Part shown: piece by piece, positions 44,022-54,540 of the stretch | Layout: the number at the start of each line of letters is the position of its first letter | How positions within the stretch are numbered: the stretch's first letter is position 1 | Assembly (NCBI GenBank): GCA_027002375.1 | Contig: JALWZX010000035.1 | Location: 1-60,483, forward strand | Length of the DNA stretch: 60,483 nt | Reading direction: 5' to 3' | Source: a candidate division WWE3 bacterium | GTDB taxonomy: Bacteria; Patescibacteriota; WWE3; 2-01-FULL-39-13 | Made by a program: the position numbers and the translations under genes | Notes under the pieces: model-generated | Told to the model about the DNA's origin: nothing | Database searches by the model: none | The model's input: the letters and a program-made list of their open reading frames with translations, nothing else

Positions 44022-47000
44022 TTAAAGTGCAATATTGTATTCCCTATCAAGTTTTAAGTTATCTCGTTTAGTAATGTGATTACCATCTATTGTGAATCCT
44101 GGTGTATTATTTCTATTACTTTTGCCAAAAGGAAACACCATTTGTAAATCCAGTGGGGTTGCTAGTGTGCCTGGTTGCTTTTGAACATATATGTTTAACA
44201 TATTGTTATCAAAATACCTTTCAGCCGATTCATATTCTAGTTTCAACACTACGGTTTTTCCTACAGGTACCAAAATGTCAGTTTCGTACAAAGCTTTGTT
44301 TTTATATGGTGAGACTATTACTTTACGTGTTATGTTTTTTTCAATTCCATCTTCAGTTAATTTGGCGGAATTTAAAAATGAATCTTTGGGTACAAGAATT
44401 CTTATATGATTAGTGTAATCGCCTAACGGCCAGGAATCATCTTCTGCGCTGTTGCTGTAAGTTAGTGTTAATTCTCGCTTGAATATATTAGCGCCACCGG
44501 GTTTATACCCCTTATATTCTATATTTCGATTTATGAAATTATCAACCTTATTATTTGAAATATTTGAGTCGATCACATATAAATAGTCATCTCTGCTAGA
44601 ATGTATTGTACCTGCCCAATTATTTTGATTTAGTACCTGTTGAATTTTACCGTTTTCAGAATACATGAGCATGTGCTTTGTTTCCAAATTGTTATACAAA
44701 GTTTGATATAATCTTTGCTTATAATTATCACCATATTTTTGCCAATTGGTTTTGTTTAATGCATTAGTTAATATTCTTGTGTACAGTTCACTATAAAAAT
44801 TAGCAGTTTCGTGGTCCTTAGACCTGTGTAACAATAATTGTTCGCTGAAATTGTCCATTGATATTGTTGTTTGATATGAAGGCATACTTACGCTTTCCGT
44901 TATCTGCAATAAATCCCCCAATGTATTCGTGTCTATTGTTATAACACCATCTATATCTTTATCATCAACATAACCATAAATTTTTGATATAACCTTAGCC
45001 GTGTTTTCATAGTCAAGATTCCACGTGGCATCGGTAAAGTTGAGTTGTTTGTATTTAAAGGCGTTTCTCAAAGGCAAAGGGGGTGCTTGTACTATCTCGC
45101 TATTTTTCAACGTATCGTTTATTTGATAAGGGTTTTCTATTTGCTTTAAATACAAATCGCCATTTGATATATTTAAGACTCCATACCCGTCTATGACACC
45201 ACCACCTGCACGTAATTCATTATTATCTACAACAACAATAAGGTATTTTGATGGGGAATTTATGCCCATTAATGCATTCCAAGCAGAACTTAAGCGATAT
45301 AATTTATTCAGTTTTTCTGAGTCTACCGAATCAACGTCGAATACTGTAAAAAAATATTTTGATAAAAATCCATTGTTTTGTATTGATCCAAGATCTTTTT
45401 TAATAAGGTTCAATTTTTCTATAGACTGCTCTAAATTCTCATCTTTGTTTATTATTGTTGTTGCACCAAGTACGTTACTATTATCGCTATTACTAGAAAG
45501 GTAAGACAGGTATTCACTATCAGATAAATTCTGTATTATCGAAGCCTTAGTTTTGGCGAGAGTTATTATAGTTTGAAGTGTTTTTTGATCTATTTTTGTA
45601 AACGGTTTCGTATAATTTACAGCTTTAGGAATGTAGTTTACCTTTTCAAAATATCCTAACGATTCAATGCTTTCCTCTTTTGCAGTGTTTAGGTCAAAAT
45701 CATTGAACGCAGTATAGGAGTTTTCTAGGTGTTGAAATCCTTTATAAGTATTCCATCCAACAATTATACTTGGTATTGCCAACAAGATAGCCAATATAAG
45801 TGATAAAAACATGATTATATGTTTCGCCTTAAATGTTGGTATGAATCTATCTATAAATGACTGATTCTCTGTATTTCCAGCAGAACTCATACTAGGGGTA
45901 TAATCATTATAGACATCAGCAGCATAATCGACATCGTTTATTTCTAGATTGTCATAAGTCTCATTATTCCACAAACTATTAGCTTGTGCGCTTGGTGTGT
46001 TGTCACGTTTATATTTGTCATTATCATCAAAACGGGGTTTGTGTGATTCACTTTCTACAGCTTGTGAGTATCGGTTTGGATGTGCAGATTCTCCACTTTT
46101 TGTGTTTGTAGCCTGATTAACCTTAGAGTATAGGTCTAAGTATGAATAATCTGTTTTGTTGTTATAATCACGCGTCGGTTGAATTGGTTTTGCTTCAATT
46201 GGTTGTACATGTGTTTTGTGGCCTCTTGTGCTAAGTATTTGTATGCCCCTAGTACCATTATGCGTACTATTATCCCTTAAATCAGAAGCTGAGTTAGAGT
46301 AAAGTTTTTCCGTTTGAGACCGAGTATTTTCTATATTGGTATCACGTGAAGTTTGATGACCGCCTACTAATCCCGCGCCCAAAGGGTATAGAATTTTATT
46401 ATCGGTATCGCGATGTTGTGCCTTTGCTCCAAGCTCGTCATTAGTTATCAACGAATCTTGCTGAATTCCTTTGCTTAGCCATATACTTGCATTTTTATCA
46501 TCATTAGGTTTTTGTACATTGCTCAATGTAATATCATTTAACTGTTTTTTTTCATAAAGTGACTGGTGTTTACCCGATTCGGTCTCATTTTTTGTGTTGT
46601 GTAATTGCTTTTGTAGCAACTTTTCGTACTTTCTTTTGTTATCCTCAAGCTGTTTTTGCAAAATCTTTTGCATTCTAAGTAGTTCTTCGGTCTTTTGCAG
46701 GGTATTCGCATCAGTATATTTATTGTTTTGCTTGTTTGTGGAATTCAGTAACGGAATTTTATATTCAGCTAATATTTCAGATATTCCTTCTTTTAAATTA
46801 ACCTTCGGTTGCCAATTTTTGGGATAAAAAACTGGCATTTCAGTAGAAAGAAGTATTTTAGAATAATCATTTTTTGTGTATGTTATTTTTGTATCTAAAG
46901 ATGTGAGCGATTTTATAAAGTGTACATATTCTATATAAGTAATTGGTAACTCACTAGTTAAAGAATATTTTGTTAACAGCCCATGTGACTTAGATTCCTG

Positions 47001-47525
47001 CACTATTTCTAACAACCCCTCAATAAAATCGCCGATATGTATTGGTCTTAATAGTAAGCCGTCATCATGTATGAGTATTTCTTGACCCTTAGTTAAACTA
47101 TATAAGGTTTCACGTAAAATGTCGTCTAACAAAACATCTTTTCCATATATGTTTCCAACTTCTATAAAAGATGCTGTGAGATTAGACAACTGCTTATATT
47201 TGTTTATTATTTCTATTGCTATATTAACGGAATGATCTTTACTTTGCGTACATTCCCAACGATACAGAAAGAGATATGGTGCCTTATGATCTCGTGTCAC
47301 TTCCAAAACCTTTGCAAGATCTGTTGTATTATGTTTTAACAGTCGAAGATCATCATCATCGTATATGATATTATTGAAATCTATTACTGCTACAACATTT
47401 TGAAAATGATGTAAATTTAAGTCGTTAGTGTCATTTAAAATAAATATCTCAAAGCCCAAATCTTTAGCTACTTTTGTAAAGTTTTCTGTTATTTCGTTTT
47501 GACCTGTTATGATAATTTCTTGCAT
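44022..47525 (-). CDS. Giant envelope protein: degenerate epimerase-like N-domain, disordered linker, one TM, and C-terminal DUF4012 domain
   Basis: YLIVVVDNNELRAGGGVIDGYGVL is the DUF4012 signature. TM is IIMFLSLILAILLAIPSIIVGW. The N-terminus IIITGQNEI shows a Rossmann-like layout without GxxGxxG. Confidence 0.7.
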   Translation of the reverse strand: MQEIIITGQNEITENFTKVAKDLGFEIFILNDTNDLNLHHFQNVVAVIDFNNIIYDDDDLRLLKHNTTDLAKVLEVTRDHKAPYLFLYRWECTQSKDHSVNIAIEIINKYKQLSNLTASFIEVGNIYGKDVLLDDILRETLYSLTKGQEILIHDDGLLLRPIHIGDFIEGLLEIVQESKSHGLLTKYSLTSELPITYIEYVHFIKSLTSLDTKITYTKNDYSKILLSTEMPVFYPKNWQPKVNLKEGISEILAEYKIPLLNSTNKQNNKYTDANTLQKTEELLRMQKILQKQLEDNKRKYEKLLQKQLHNTKNETESGKHQSLYEKKQLNDITLSNVQKPNDDKNASIWLSKGIQQDSLITNDELGAKAQHRDTDNKILYPLGAGLVGGHQTSRDTNIENTRSQTEKLYSNSASDLRDNSTHNGTRGIQILSTRGHKTHVQPIEAKPIQPTRDYNNKTDYSYLDLYSKVNQATNTKSGESAHPNRYSQAVESESHKPRFDDNDKYKRDNTPSAQANSLWNNETYDNLEINDVDYAADVYNDYTPSMSSAGNTENQSFIDRFIPTFKAKHIIMFLSLILAILLAIPSIIVGWNTYKGFQHLENSYTAFNDFDLNTAKEESIESLGYFEKVNYIPKAVNYTKPFTKIDQKTLQTIITLAKTKASIIQNLSDSEYLSYLSSNSDNSNVLGATTIINKDENLEQSIEKLNLIKKDLGSIQNNGFLSKYFFTVFDVDSVDSEKLNKLYRLSSAWNALMGINSPSKYLIVVVDNNELRAGGGVIDGYGVLNISNGDLYLKQIENPYQINDTLKNSEIVQAPPLPLRNAFKYKQLNFTDATWNLDYENTAKVISKIYGYVDDKDIDGVITIDTNTLGDLLQITESVSMPSYQTTISMDNFSEQLLLHRSKDHETANFYSELYTRILTNALNKTNWQKYGDNYKQRLYQTLYNNLETKHMLMYSENGKIQQVLNQNNWAGTIHSSRDDYLYVIDSNISNNKVDNFINRNIEYKGYKPGGANIFKRELTLTYSNSAEDDSWPLGDYTNHIRILVPKDSFLNSAKLTEDGIEKNITRKVIVSPYKNKALYETDILVPVGKTVVLKLEYESAERYFDNNMLNIYVQKQPGTLATPLDLQMVFPFGKSNRNNTPGFTIDGNHITKRDNLKLDREYNIAL

Positions 47526-47708
47526 GGCAGTATTAGTTATGTCTATTTTAATTCTATTGTATACACAAATTGAAAAGATTAAAGTATGTATTTGCTAATG
47601 TTCGAAAACATTGTGTAGTATTTTTGGTTACCTCTCAATATATTAACTAAACCTTTAGATATCATTTTAATTTTCTAAAATTTAGTTCCATTAAACGGTT
47701 TAAAACAG

Positions 47709-47737
47709 TTGTCAATTTATAGATTTTTCTGTATTAT
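47709..47737 (+). promoter_or_regulatory. Candidate sigma-70 promoter upstream of rnhA
   Basis: TTGTCA, a 17-nt spacer and TATTAT. A second TATTAT at 47741-46 ends 6 nt before the ATG. Confidence 0.3.
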
Positions 47738-47752
47738 CGGTATTATATTAAC

Positions 47753-48160
47753 ATGACTAAAACTTATTCTTTATATACAGACGGTGGCGCACGAGGAAAT
47801 CCTGGGTTAGCAGCCGTCGGTGCGGTCTTGCGTGATGAAAATGATAATTTAATAGATACGTATAGTGCATTTATAGGAATTTCAACGAATAATATCGCAG
47901 AATATACGGCCTTAATACAAGGTTTAAGATTGGCTAGATTAAATAATGTCGATAATTTGACATGTTATCTTGATAGTGAGTTAGTTGTAAAACAAATTAA
48001 TGGTATATACAAGGTACGAGACGATAATCTGAAAATTTTAAAACAAAAAGTTGACGATTGGTCAACACATTTTAATACAATTGAATTTGTACATGTTCCG
48101 AGAATCAAAAACAAAAATGCAGACACATTAGTTAATGAAGCCTTAGACGAAGCTTTTTAA
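47753..48160 (+). CDS. rnhA: Ribonuclease HI family protein
   Basis: YTDGGARGNPGLAAVGAVL, NNIAEYTAL, YLDSELV and KNADTL supply the DEDD catalytic residues. Confidence 0.8.
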   Translation: MTKTYSLYTDGGARGNPGLAAVGAVLRDENDNLIDTYSAFIGISTNNIAEYTALIQGLRLARLNNVDNLTCYLDSELVVKQINGIYKVRDDNLKILKQKVDDWSTHFNTIEFVHVPRIKNKNADTLVNEALDEAF

Positions 48161-48180
48161 CATTTTCACTTTATCCTTTT

Positions 48181-48870
48181 ATGAAAGATAATATAGACAT
48201 TCTTCAAAAAGCAATAGTAGATACTCTAAGTAATAAAGATCTTAATTTAGACATAATTACACTTGATGAGTTAAAAGACATACTATTAATTCCACATGTA
48301 ATAGAAATAACTGATAATATATATTGGAACTCAATAAGCAAATTACAATCAGACAAAAAGATCTATTTAGACGATGGTTTTGTTTCGTTGAAACATGATG
48401 ATTTCACGGGTAGAAAGCAACAATACATTAAAAACAAAAAAACGCTTAACAAAGATATACAAATTATCAAAAAAGACTTTTCATTTGTATTCGATAAACT
48501 AGATGTGTTGTCTATATGTATAGATTTATTTTCATATCTGAATAATTTTGAACAGTCTTCTGGTACGAGAATTGTCAATCTCTATGTATTAGAAGATGAG
48601 AGGGCCAAACCTGCGTATTTCAAGGCATATAAGGCCTTTTTAAGGGTAAAAAGAAGAAGTGTTAAGTATAATATACGGAGTTCTAATAATGTAAAAGAGT
48701 TGATTACTGTAAAAAACAAAAATCTAAAATCAGCTTTTCATATATTGAATGTAAAACCAGTATTTAATAGAAATAGCTCGTATGAGAAATTTATATACAA
48801 TCAGATGTGGGTATTCGATATTTTTAAAAATTATCCGATGAGAAAGATAAGTATGGGTTATAAGATTTAA
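48181..48870 (+). CDS. Hypothetical protein
   Basis: 229-aa ORF with no recognised motif. Confidence 0.45.
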   Translation: MKDNIDILQKAIVDTLSNKDLNLDIITLDELKDILLIPHVIEITDNIYWNSISKLQSDKKIYLDDGFVSLKHDDFTGRKQQYIKNKKTLNKDIQIIKKDFSFVFDKLDVLSICIDLFSYLNNFEQSSGTRIVNLYVLEDERAKPAYFKAYKAFLRVKRRSVKYNIRSSNNVKELITVKNKNLKSAFHILNVKPVFNRNSSYEKFIYNQMWVFDIFKNYPMRKISMGYKI

Positions 48871-49036
48871 GGTTTACCAACCGTCAAGAACTAATCAATT
48901 AAGCGCAAAAATTGGTAGATAATTGATTGCATACAATTCGTGTATAAAAAATTTTCTAATTTTAACCGGGCTTTAATCGGGAAATTTCTGTTTGCGATTG
49001 TGATAATAATGCAAAGTAGATCTTTTTAATCTACTT

Positions 49037-52000
49037 TTAGTCTACTTTCTTCACTAATAAAAGGCCATCATATTTACCGACAGTTACCTCACCGTTTACA
49101 TCTTCTCCAGTATTTCCCCTAGATGCTGTGCCTTTTATGCGTTTATACCCATCATTGATTTTTATCGTTTTTGTGGAATTCGTAGCGTTTACAATAGCCA
49201 TGCCATAATCAAAATACCTAACCCACGCATGAGAATCGACGCTTTGCCAGTCTTTGTCTTTTAGAAAGGAGCTCATTGTTGTGTTAGTAATGTTCCCATT
49301 TGAATCAACCATAAATGCTTTAGAGGTCGGTTTACCTAACCAATGTCTGTAGCCCATTATGTCGTTTTTAGTATTAACTGCGTTTCCTTCAGAGTCTACC
49401 GAGTATTCCTCTTTCCAAGTTGTTATGTGAAGTGCAGGTTGAAAAGACATGTATCCATTGTTTAACATTAACGATGTTGACAATAGTAGCCTGAAGAAGT
49501 CAACATTATTACTCTTTTCATCTCCGTATACAAGGTAAGAAATGTTTGGATCTTTTTGTTGTGCAACATAAATTAAAGTCATCATTTTACCAAAAGACCC
49601 TGGAGTATATCCATCTTCGCTAGTTACGTTGAATCCGTTGGGATGTGGCTCACTGTCGTATTCAAATATTAGTGTATCAACACCATGAAGATTTGACGTA
49701 AAGGATGTTTTTGTTGATGGTTCAGCAGAACCATTACCCATGATTATCCAATTAGGGTGATCTTGCTTGACTCTATAATTCATTTCTGTCATTTTTTGAG
49801 CGTAAGTTAAATTGGTTTCAGTTCTATTAGGTGTTCGTGGTGTAAAGTGCCACCAAACGTTTGAAGAATAATCACCTTCTATTCCATCCCAATTTGGATT
49901 CTTCATATTAGTTTTCACGTAATTTACAAACCAGTCAGTATATTTTGTTTTATTATCAAGAGTTGAAATAGCTGCAACATTTGTTACAGGTAGATCTACT
50001 GGATATTTCCATTCGACTTGAGTACCGTTTACCTTTAAATAATATCCATTCTTTTCAACCTCGTACGCTTGTCTGTTTCTAAATGTGTCAGGTCTCTCTG
50101 CATTCCCGAATGTAAACCACATCGGCATATAAGCAACTTGTAATTGACTTGGGTTTAAATTTTGTAGATATGTAACCAAATCTTTTCCGTCATATATTTC
50201 CCATCTAGCTTTCTGTGAGTCGTCGACTTCGCCCCCAAACTCTGGTTCAAGAATCACAACATCGAAAAATTCTAGTGAGTTTAAAACATAATCATATATA
50301 GCGTTGGGCCCTTGTGCCCCTAACATCGCAGCAAGTGTTTTTGGATACCCAATTCTGTTATGTGGATTTGTTGCTGGTGGCAGGTTTGGTGTACCATCAC
50401 CATTATTGTTTCCGTTATCGCCAGTGTTATCATCGTCATTGGCTGGTTGTGTATGCCCACTTCCATTGTTGTTTGTATTGTTAACATCAGCTACCTGACA
50501 AAGTTCTTGAAAGGAATCATCAGGTATTTTGAATCCATTTTCTTCAGGCAAATAAAGGGTTTTATAGCGTTCGCAAAATTTTCTAGCTTGTAATAAGTGG
50601 TCTGTATACTGTACGTACATATATCTTACCGGGTATCCAATCACCGTAAAATCCTTTAATATATCTGGATTTTGATCTAGTTCCAAATAGATTTTAGCTT
50701 TAGTAGGTTTTGGTTCGAATACTTCATCGTTAATTCCTGGTATATGCGATATAGCGTCATTTAAGTCCATGTCATGGGTTCTATATTGATTTAGATCAGC
50801 TTCAAATCCACCAACTGGCGCGACGTAAAAGTCAAATTTTGTGTTTTCGGAAAAACATTTCATAATTTTAGATATCACATTGCCCCCTTCAGGATAATCT
50901 TTTTCACTTTCACCTCCGTTTATAGCTTTCCATATACAACTTGCATTTGATTTTTGTACCTCAGATATACATTTACCCTTGGGACATCTTGGTTCTTGAA
51001 TTAGTTCTTTTGCTATTATTTCATTACACAAACTTTTGTCATCCACCCATGTTTCGCACTTATCACATTCTACTGGAGGAGGTGGTGGAGGTGGTGCAAT
51101 TTTACAATTTGAGTCTGTTACGTATCCTGCTCCATCGGGATTTTTAATAGATTTAATAGTGCATTTTATAGCTGGATAATTCTGTGGGCATGGCCCTGGA
51201 CATCCGTCTCTTGGCGACTTAGCTGAGCCATGAGTTATTTGAGCCGTAACGATTACAGGTGTAGACGGAGTTAATTTGGGTAATCCAGGAGAAGTCCCAT
51301 ATCCTGGTTTCAAATAATAGTTTCCTGCAGCTTGACAAGTGTCAAATCCATAACCACCTTGTGTTAGTATTCCACTATCTACACCGTTTATAGTGACACT
51401 AAAGTCTCCAATTGGACAACCAGTACATTTAAAGCTGACTTGGTAGCTTACATCAAAAGTGCCTGTCGCATTTGGTTCTTCGCTTGTAGTAAAAAGCCCA
51501 AGTGCAAGAGGATTTTCGGTACAATTGTTGAGTTCTTCCGGTTGATCTGTGGCTAGAGCCCTATTCGGTGTTGTTATGTTTTGTATGTTTACAATATCGT
51601 TATTATGATAAGTTTTATTTCCCATTGCATAATCGATTGAATCATCTAACCTAGCATAATCTCTCCCTTGTTTATTATAAATATTGCTTGGATTATAGAC
51701 TAAATCTGGTTTTGTAAATCTGTACGACGCGTGACAAAAGCCATTTACGCAAGGTGGTGCGACTAACGATCGTGTAGTATCCGCATCAGCTATTTCCAAA
51801 GTTTCAATGTCAGGTGGTGTAATGAACTCCATTTTTCCGTCAATATAAAACTTTATCCCTGTTGGTGCATTTTTTGCTTGCAGACATGCTACAAATCTTT
51901 TCGTTTCCGTAGTTGCCTTTGTGCCTAATTCATCACTACTCCCAGTAAAAACTCTTTCATACGTTTCGGACCATTTTTCACCAGTTTCAGAATCGGGAGC

Positions 52001-53500
52001 TGTATATTGTTTGGGCGAATTATACATCGCGGCTCTATATATTTTTGGAATAGCAGTTCTGGTAAAAGGTGGTGTCGCCAGTGGATATACGTCCATTTGT
52101 TTATCTATAAATGTATCAGATTCAGGATCTATATTTCCTATGTCAAAAGATCTAAAAACATCAAATCTATCATGGTCATAAGCACCACTTGCTTTTAATA
52201 CAAATTGACCAGATAATTTGGCTGATCCAGTTGTCCCTTCACCCGGGCCACTTATTTGGTTTCCGTTTCCGTCAAATTCAGCTTTTTCAGATGGTGAAAC
52301 TGCTTTTCCTTTCAGTTGCCATGGTCTATCACTGTTTATTCCTATTACAGAACCACGATAATAAACATGTTCAGCGTCTAAGGGTCCATCACATGAATTA
52401 GCCTTGTTTGTTGATCTGCAATAAGTTTTTCCGCTTGGCTCCACATAAGTTATACAGCATTCTATCTTTTTGTATTTTTTACTTTCTAATTTAGGTGGTA
52501 GTGTATTTTTTCTATAATTGTCTTCATCATAAGATTTGTCTGCAGGTGGGTTTGGGCCATATTGTTGTGCTAGATTAGAGAACAGTGCTGCAGTTTGGGT
52601 GTGCGCGTATATGTTCCATGGGTCGTTATGTACCACAGGATTGTATGAAAATACAGCAGCCATCTTTACTTGCCTTGACCACTTGTTATGCGCCAACTCA
52701 AAGAATGGTTTGAGTTGATGATCTCTGTACATTACGTATCGATCGTTTTGTCCGTTTTGGTCTTTTCCAACTACACCTGATTCGACGCCGTATATCGGCA
52801 TACCAGACAGCCCGACTTCATTAAGCAATGCTTCTGGATTGCCAGCACCAAGAAATGGATCAGGATTACATAAAGGAGTTGTGCAACTTTGTTCATCATC
52901 GTATAAGTTCAAAGTAACACCATCAAATTGTCTAAAATATGATGGTCCAAGTTCCATAAAATGCTGTTTAGCAATACCATTTGCATTTCCTCCATATGAT
53001 TTATTAACCATTGGTGATAATAGTATTACCTTTGTATGTCTAACGCCTAATTTGTTTAGTTCATCTACTAGCGTTGCTGTATAAGTTTTTACTTCATCAA
53101 TAGGAACTTTTTCTGTCCAAGGCTCATTTACTGGATAAAAATATACTTTTTTACCGCCAGTATCCATATTCGCCAATGTGTTTGCCCATGTTTTTGCTAA
53201 TCCAGGTGTTAGTTGTGTATTAGGGTAATGTCCTCTTATTATGAAGTTAATACTGGGATATTCTTTAAAGAATTTTGGTATAAGGGTTTTACAATCACCA
53301 GGCTGTGCCATTACTACTATCCATCCCCCAGGACCCACAATTCCAGCAGCGCTATCGACTTCTTCAAAGTGATCTCCGATATTTATACCGACACGGTTAG
53401 GTATACTCCCATCCACAGCATATATAGGTTCCGTACTTATAATAAGACTAAAGAATGAAAATAATATTGATGTAATGACTATGCTATATAGCTTTTTCAT
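49037..53500 (-). CDS. Giant secreted multidomain protein with glycoside-hydrolase-like TIM-barrel motifs, Cys-rich middle region and poly-Pro linker
   Basis: Signal peptide ending IYA/VDG. FYPVNEPW and IYGVESGV, about 115 aa apart, resemble the clan GH-A acid/base and nucleophile motifs. There is a PPPPPPP run and an N/G/D-rich linker. The C-terminal VAYMPMWFTFGNAERPD is reminiscent of GH114-like folds. Confidence 0.55.
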   Translation of the reverse strand: MKKLYSIVITSILFSFFSLIISTEPIYAVDGSIPNRVGINIGDHFEEVDSAAGIVGPGGWIVVMAQPGDCKTLIPKFFKEYPSINFIIRGHYPNTQLTPGLAKTWANTLANMDTGGKKVYFYPVNEPWTEKVPIDEVKTYTATLVDELNKLGVRHTKVILLSPMVNKSYGGNANGIAKQHFMELGPSYFRQFDGVTLNLYDDEQSCTTPLCNPDPFLGAGNPEALLNEVGLSGMPIYGVESGVVGKDQNGQNDRYVMYRDHQLKPFFELAHNKWSRQVKMAAVFSYNPVVHNDPWNIYAHTQTAALFSNLAQQYGPNPPADKSYDEDNYRKNTLPPKLESKKYKKIECCITYVEPSGKTYCRSTNKANSCDGPLDAEHVYYRGSVIGINSDRPWQLKGKAVSPSEKAEFDGNGNQISGPGEGTTGSAKLSGQFVLKASGAYDHDRFDVFRSFDIGNIDPESDTFIDKQMDVYPLATPPFTRTAIPKIYRAAMYNSPKQYTAPDSETGEKWSETYERVFTGSSDELGTKATTETKRFVACLQAKNAPTGIKFYIDGKMEFITPPDIETLEIADADTTRSLVAPPCVNGFCHASYRFTKPDLVYNPSNIYNKQGRDYARLDDSIDYAMGNKTYHNNDIVNIQNITTPNRALATDQPEELNNCTENPLALGLFTTSEEPNATGTFDVSYQVSFKCTGCPIGDFSVTINGVDSGILTQGGYGFDTCQAAGNYYLKPGYGTSPGLPKLTPSTPVIVTAQITHGSAKSPRDGCPGPCPQNYPAIKCTIKSIKNPDGAGYVTDSNCKIAPPPPPPPVECDKCETWVDDKSLCNEIIAKELIQEPRCPKGKCISEVQKSNASCIWKAINGGESEKDYPEGGNVISKIMKCFSENTKFDFYVAPVGGFEADLNQYRTHDMDLNDAISHIPGINDEVFEPKPTKAKIYLELDQNPDILKDFTVIGYPVRYMYVQYTDHLLQARKFCERYKTLYLPEENGFKIPDDSFQELCQVADVNNTNNNGSGHTQPANDDDNTGDNGNNNGDGTPNLPPATNPHNRIGYPKTLAAMLGAQGPNAIYDYVLNSLEFFDVVILEPEFGGEVDDSQKARWEIYDGKDLVTYLQNLNPSQLQVAYMPMWFTFGNAERPDTFRNRQAYEVEKNGYYLKVNGTQVEWKYPVDLPVTNVAAISTLDNKTKYTDWFVNYVKTNMKNPNWDGIEGDYSSNVWWHFTPRTPNRTETNLTYAQKMTEMNYRVKQDHPNWIIMGNGSAEPSTKTSFTSNLHGVDTLIFEYDSEPHPNGFNVTSEDGYTPGSFGKMMTLIYVAQQKDPNISYLVYGDEKSNNVDFFRLLLSTSLMLNNGYMSFQPALHITTWKEEYSVDSEGNAVNTKNDIMGYRHWLGKPTSKAFMVDSNGNITNTTMSSFLKDKDWQSVDSHAWVRYFDYGMAIVNATNSTKTIKINDGYKRIKGTASRGNTGEDVNGEVTVGKYDGLLLVKKVD

Positions 53501-53505
53501 GATAA

Positions 53506-54540
53506 TTATTTTTGCTTTTCGCTGAATGTTTTTATTGCATTTTCAACGACATAGCCTGTCCCAGTATTATGTTCTTTCGTAGTTGTCTTACCTGTTAGAA
53601 CATAAACTGGTATTATCATACCATTATTAGCATAATACGAAACCGTTCCTTTTTCTAGATACGTTGTTAATATGTCTTCTGCTGGGGGAAACGTACCGTT
53701 CATTAATTTCCCCTCACCATTTTTAATGTCGTCAACCACAGTCTGTGTATCTTTTAGATAAAAAGTCTTTTTAATATCTTTATCTATCGTACCAACCGGT
53801 TGAACTATTACCTTAGAAATATCTCCATTTGATGTAATAAAAACCCTTATTGAGTTAGGTGTAATATTACCTTTCTTGTCAATGATTGGAATTCCTTCAT
53901 AATCTGCATTGTAAATATATTCTATCGTATTTGCGTCACCTATGTTATTAACTTCTACACTCTCAAACGGGACATCTTTGTAATATACATATGAGTCAAA
54001 TTTGTACATGTTTGTTGGAATTTCTAGTTTGCGTGGAATCTCTAGGGTTTTGTCTAAATAATTTTGGTATGAATCTGTTGCAGAGAAATTTTCTTCAGAA
54101 ACTATATATTTATTAGGGTAATACAAAATATAATTATCTGACACGTAAAAAGTCAATGTAATATCCTGATTTGCTGTATCTATCATTATATTGTTCTTAT
54201 CACGCGTTTCGCTTGTTGGCTTTGTATTGAAGATTTTAGTCATTCTATCAATATATGAATCTGACATACAGAATTTCTCGTAACCATATCCGTTAAGCTC
54301 TTTTAAATTAGTATCTAATTTAAAAGTTGCATATGTTTTTATTATCCCAGTATCCACACCAGCCAATTCTACTGAATTATCAAATATATCATACGATATA
54401 ATAGGCTTAGCTGTTGGATAATCAGGATTCCGTTTTTGATTATTTGATTGTGTAAAAATAATATATACAACGATTAATATCGCAATAATTATTAATATTA
54501 TTAAATATTTATTTTTTTTAATGCTATTTTTGTTAATCAT
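53506..54540 (-). CDS. Membrane-anchored hypothetical extracytoplasmic protein
   Basis: N-terminal TM YLIILIIIAILIVVYIIF. Its ATG overlaps the upstream stop (TAATG), and its stop is 5 nt from the next ATG. Confidence 0.55.
   Translation of the reverse strand: MINKNSIKKNKYLIILIIIAILIVVYIIFTQSNNQKRNPDYPTAKPIISYDIFDNSVELAGVDTGIIKTYATFKLDTNLKELNGYGYEKFCMSDSYIDRMTKIFNTKPTSETRDKNNIMIDTANQDITLTFYVSDNYILYYPNKYIVSEENFSATDSYQNYLDKTLEIPRKLEIPTNMYKFDSYVYYKDVPFESVEVNNIGDANTIEYIYNADYEGIPIIDKKGNITPNSIRVFITSNGDISKVIVQPVGTIDKDIKKTFYLKDTQTVVDDIKNGEGKLMNGTFPPAEDILTTYLEKGTVSYYANNGMIIPVYVLTGKTTTKEHNTGTGYVVENAIKTFSEKQK

Noticed and set aside
48981-48996. CCGGGCTTTAATCGGG as another member of the CTTTAG-loop hairpin family
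   Set aside because: The stem is only 4 bp and imperfect, and the flanks share nothing with the repeat family. I consider it chance similarity.
50304-53458. Multiple 60-86 aa plus-strand ORFs inside 49037..53500
   Set aside because: All are antisense to the 1487-aa gene, which has a signal peptide, coherent domains and operon coupling. None has a start context or motif.
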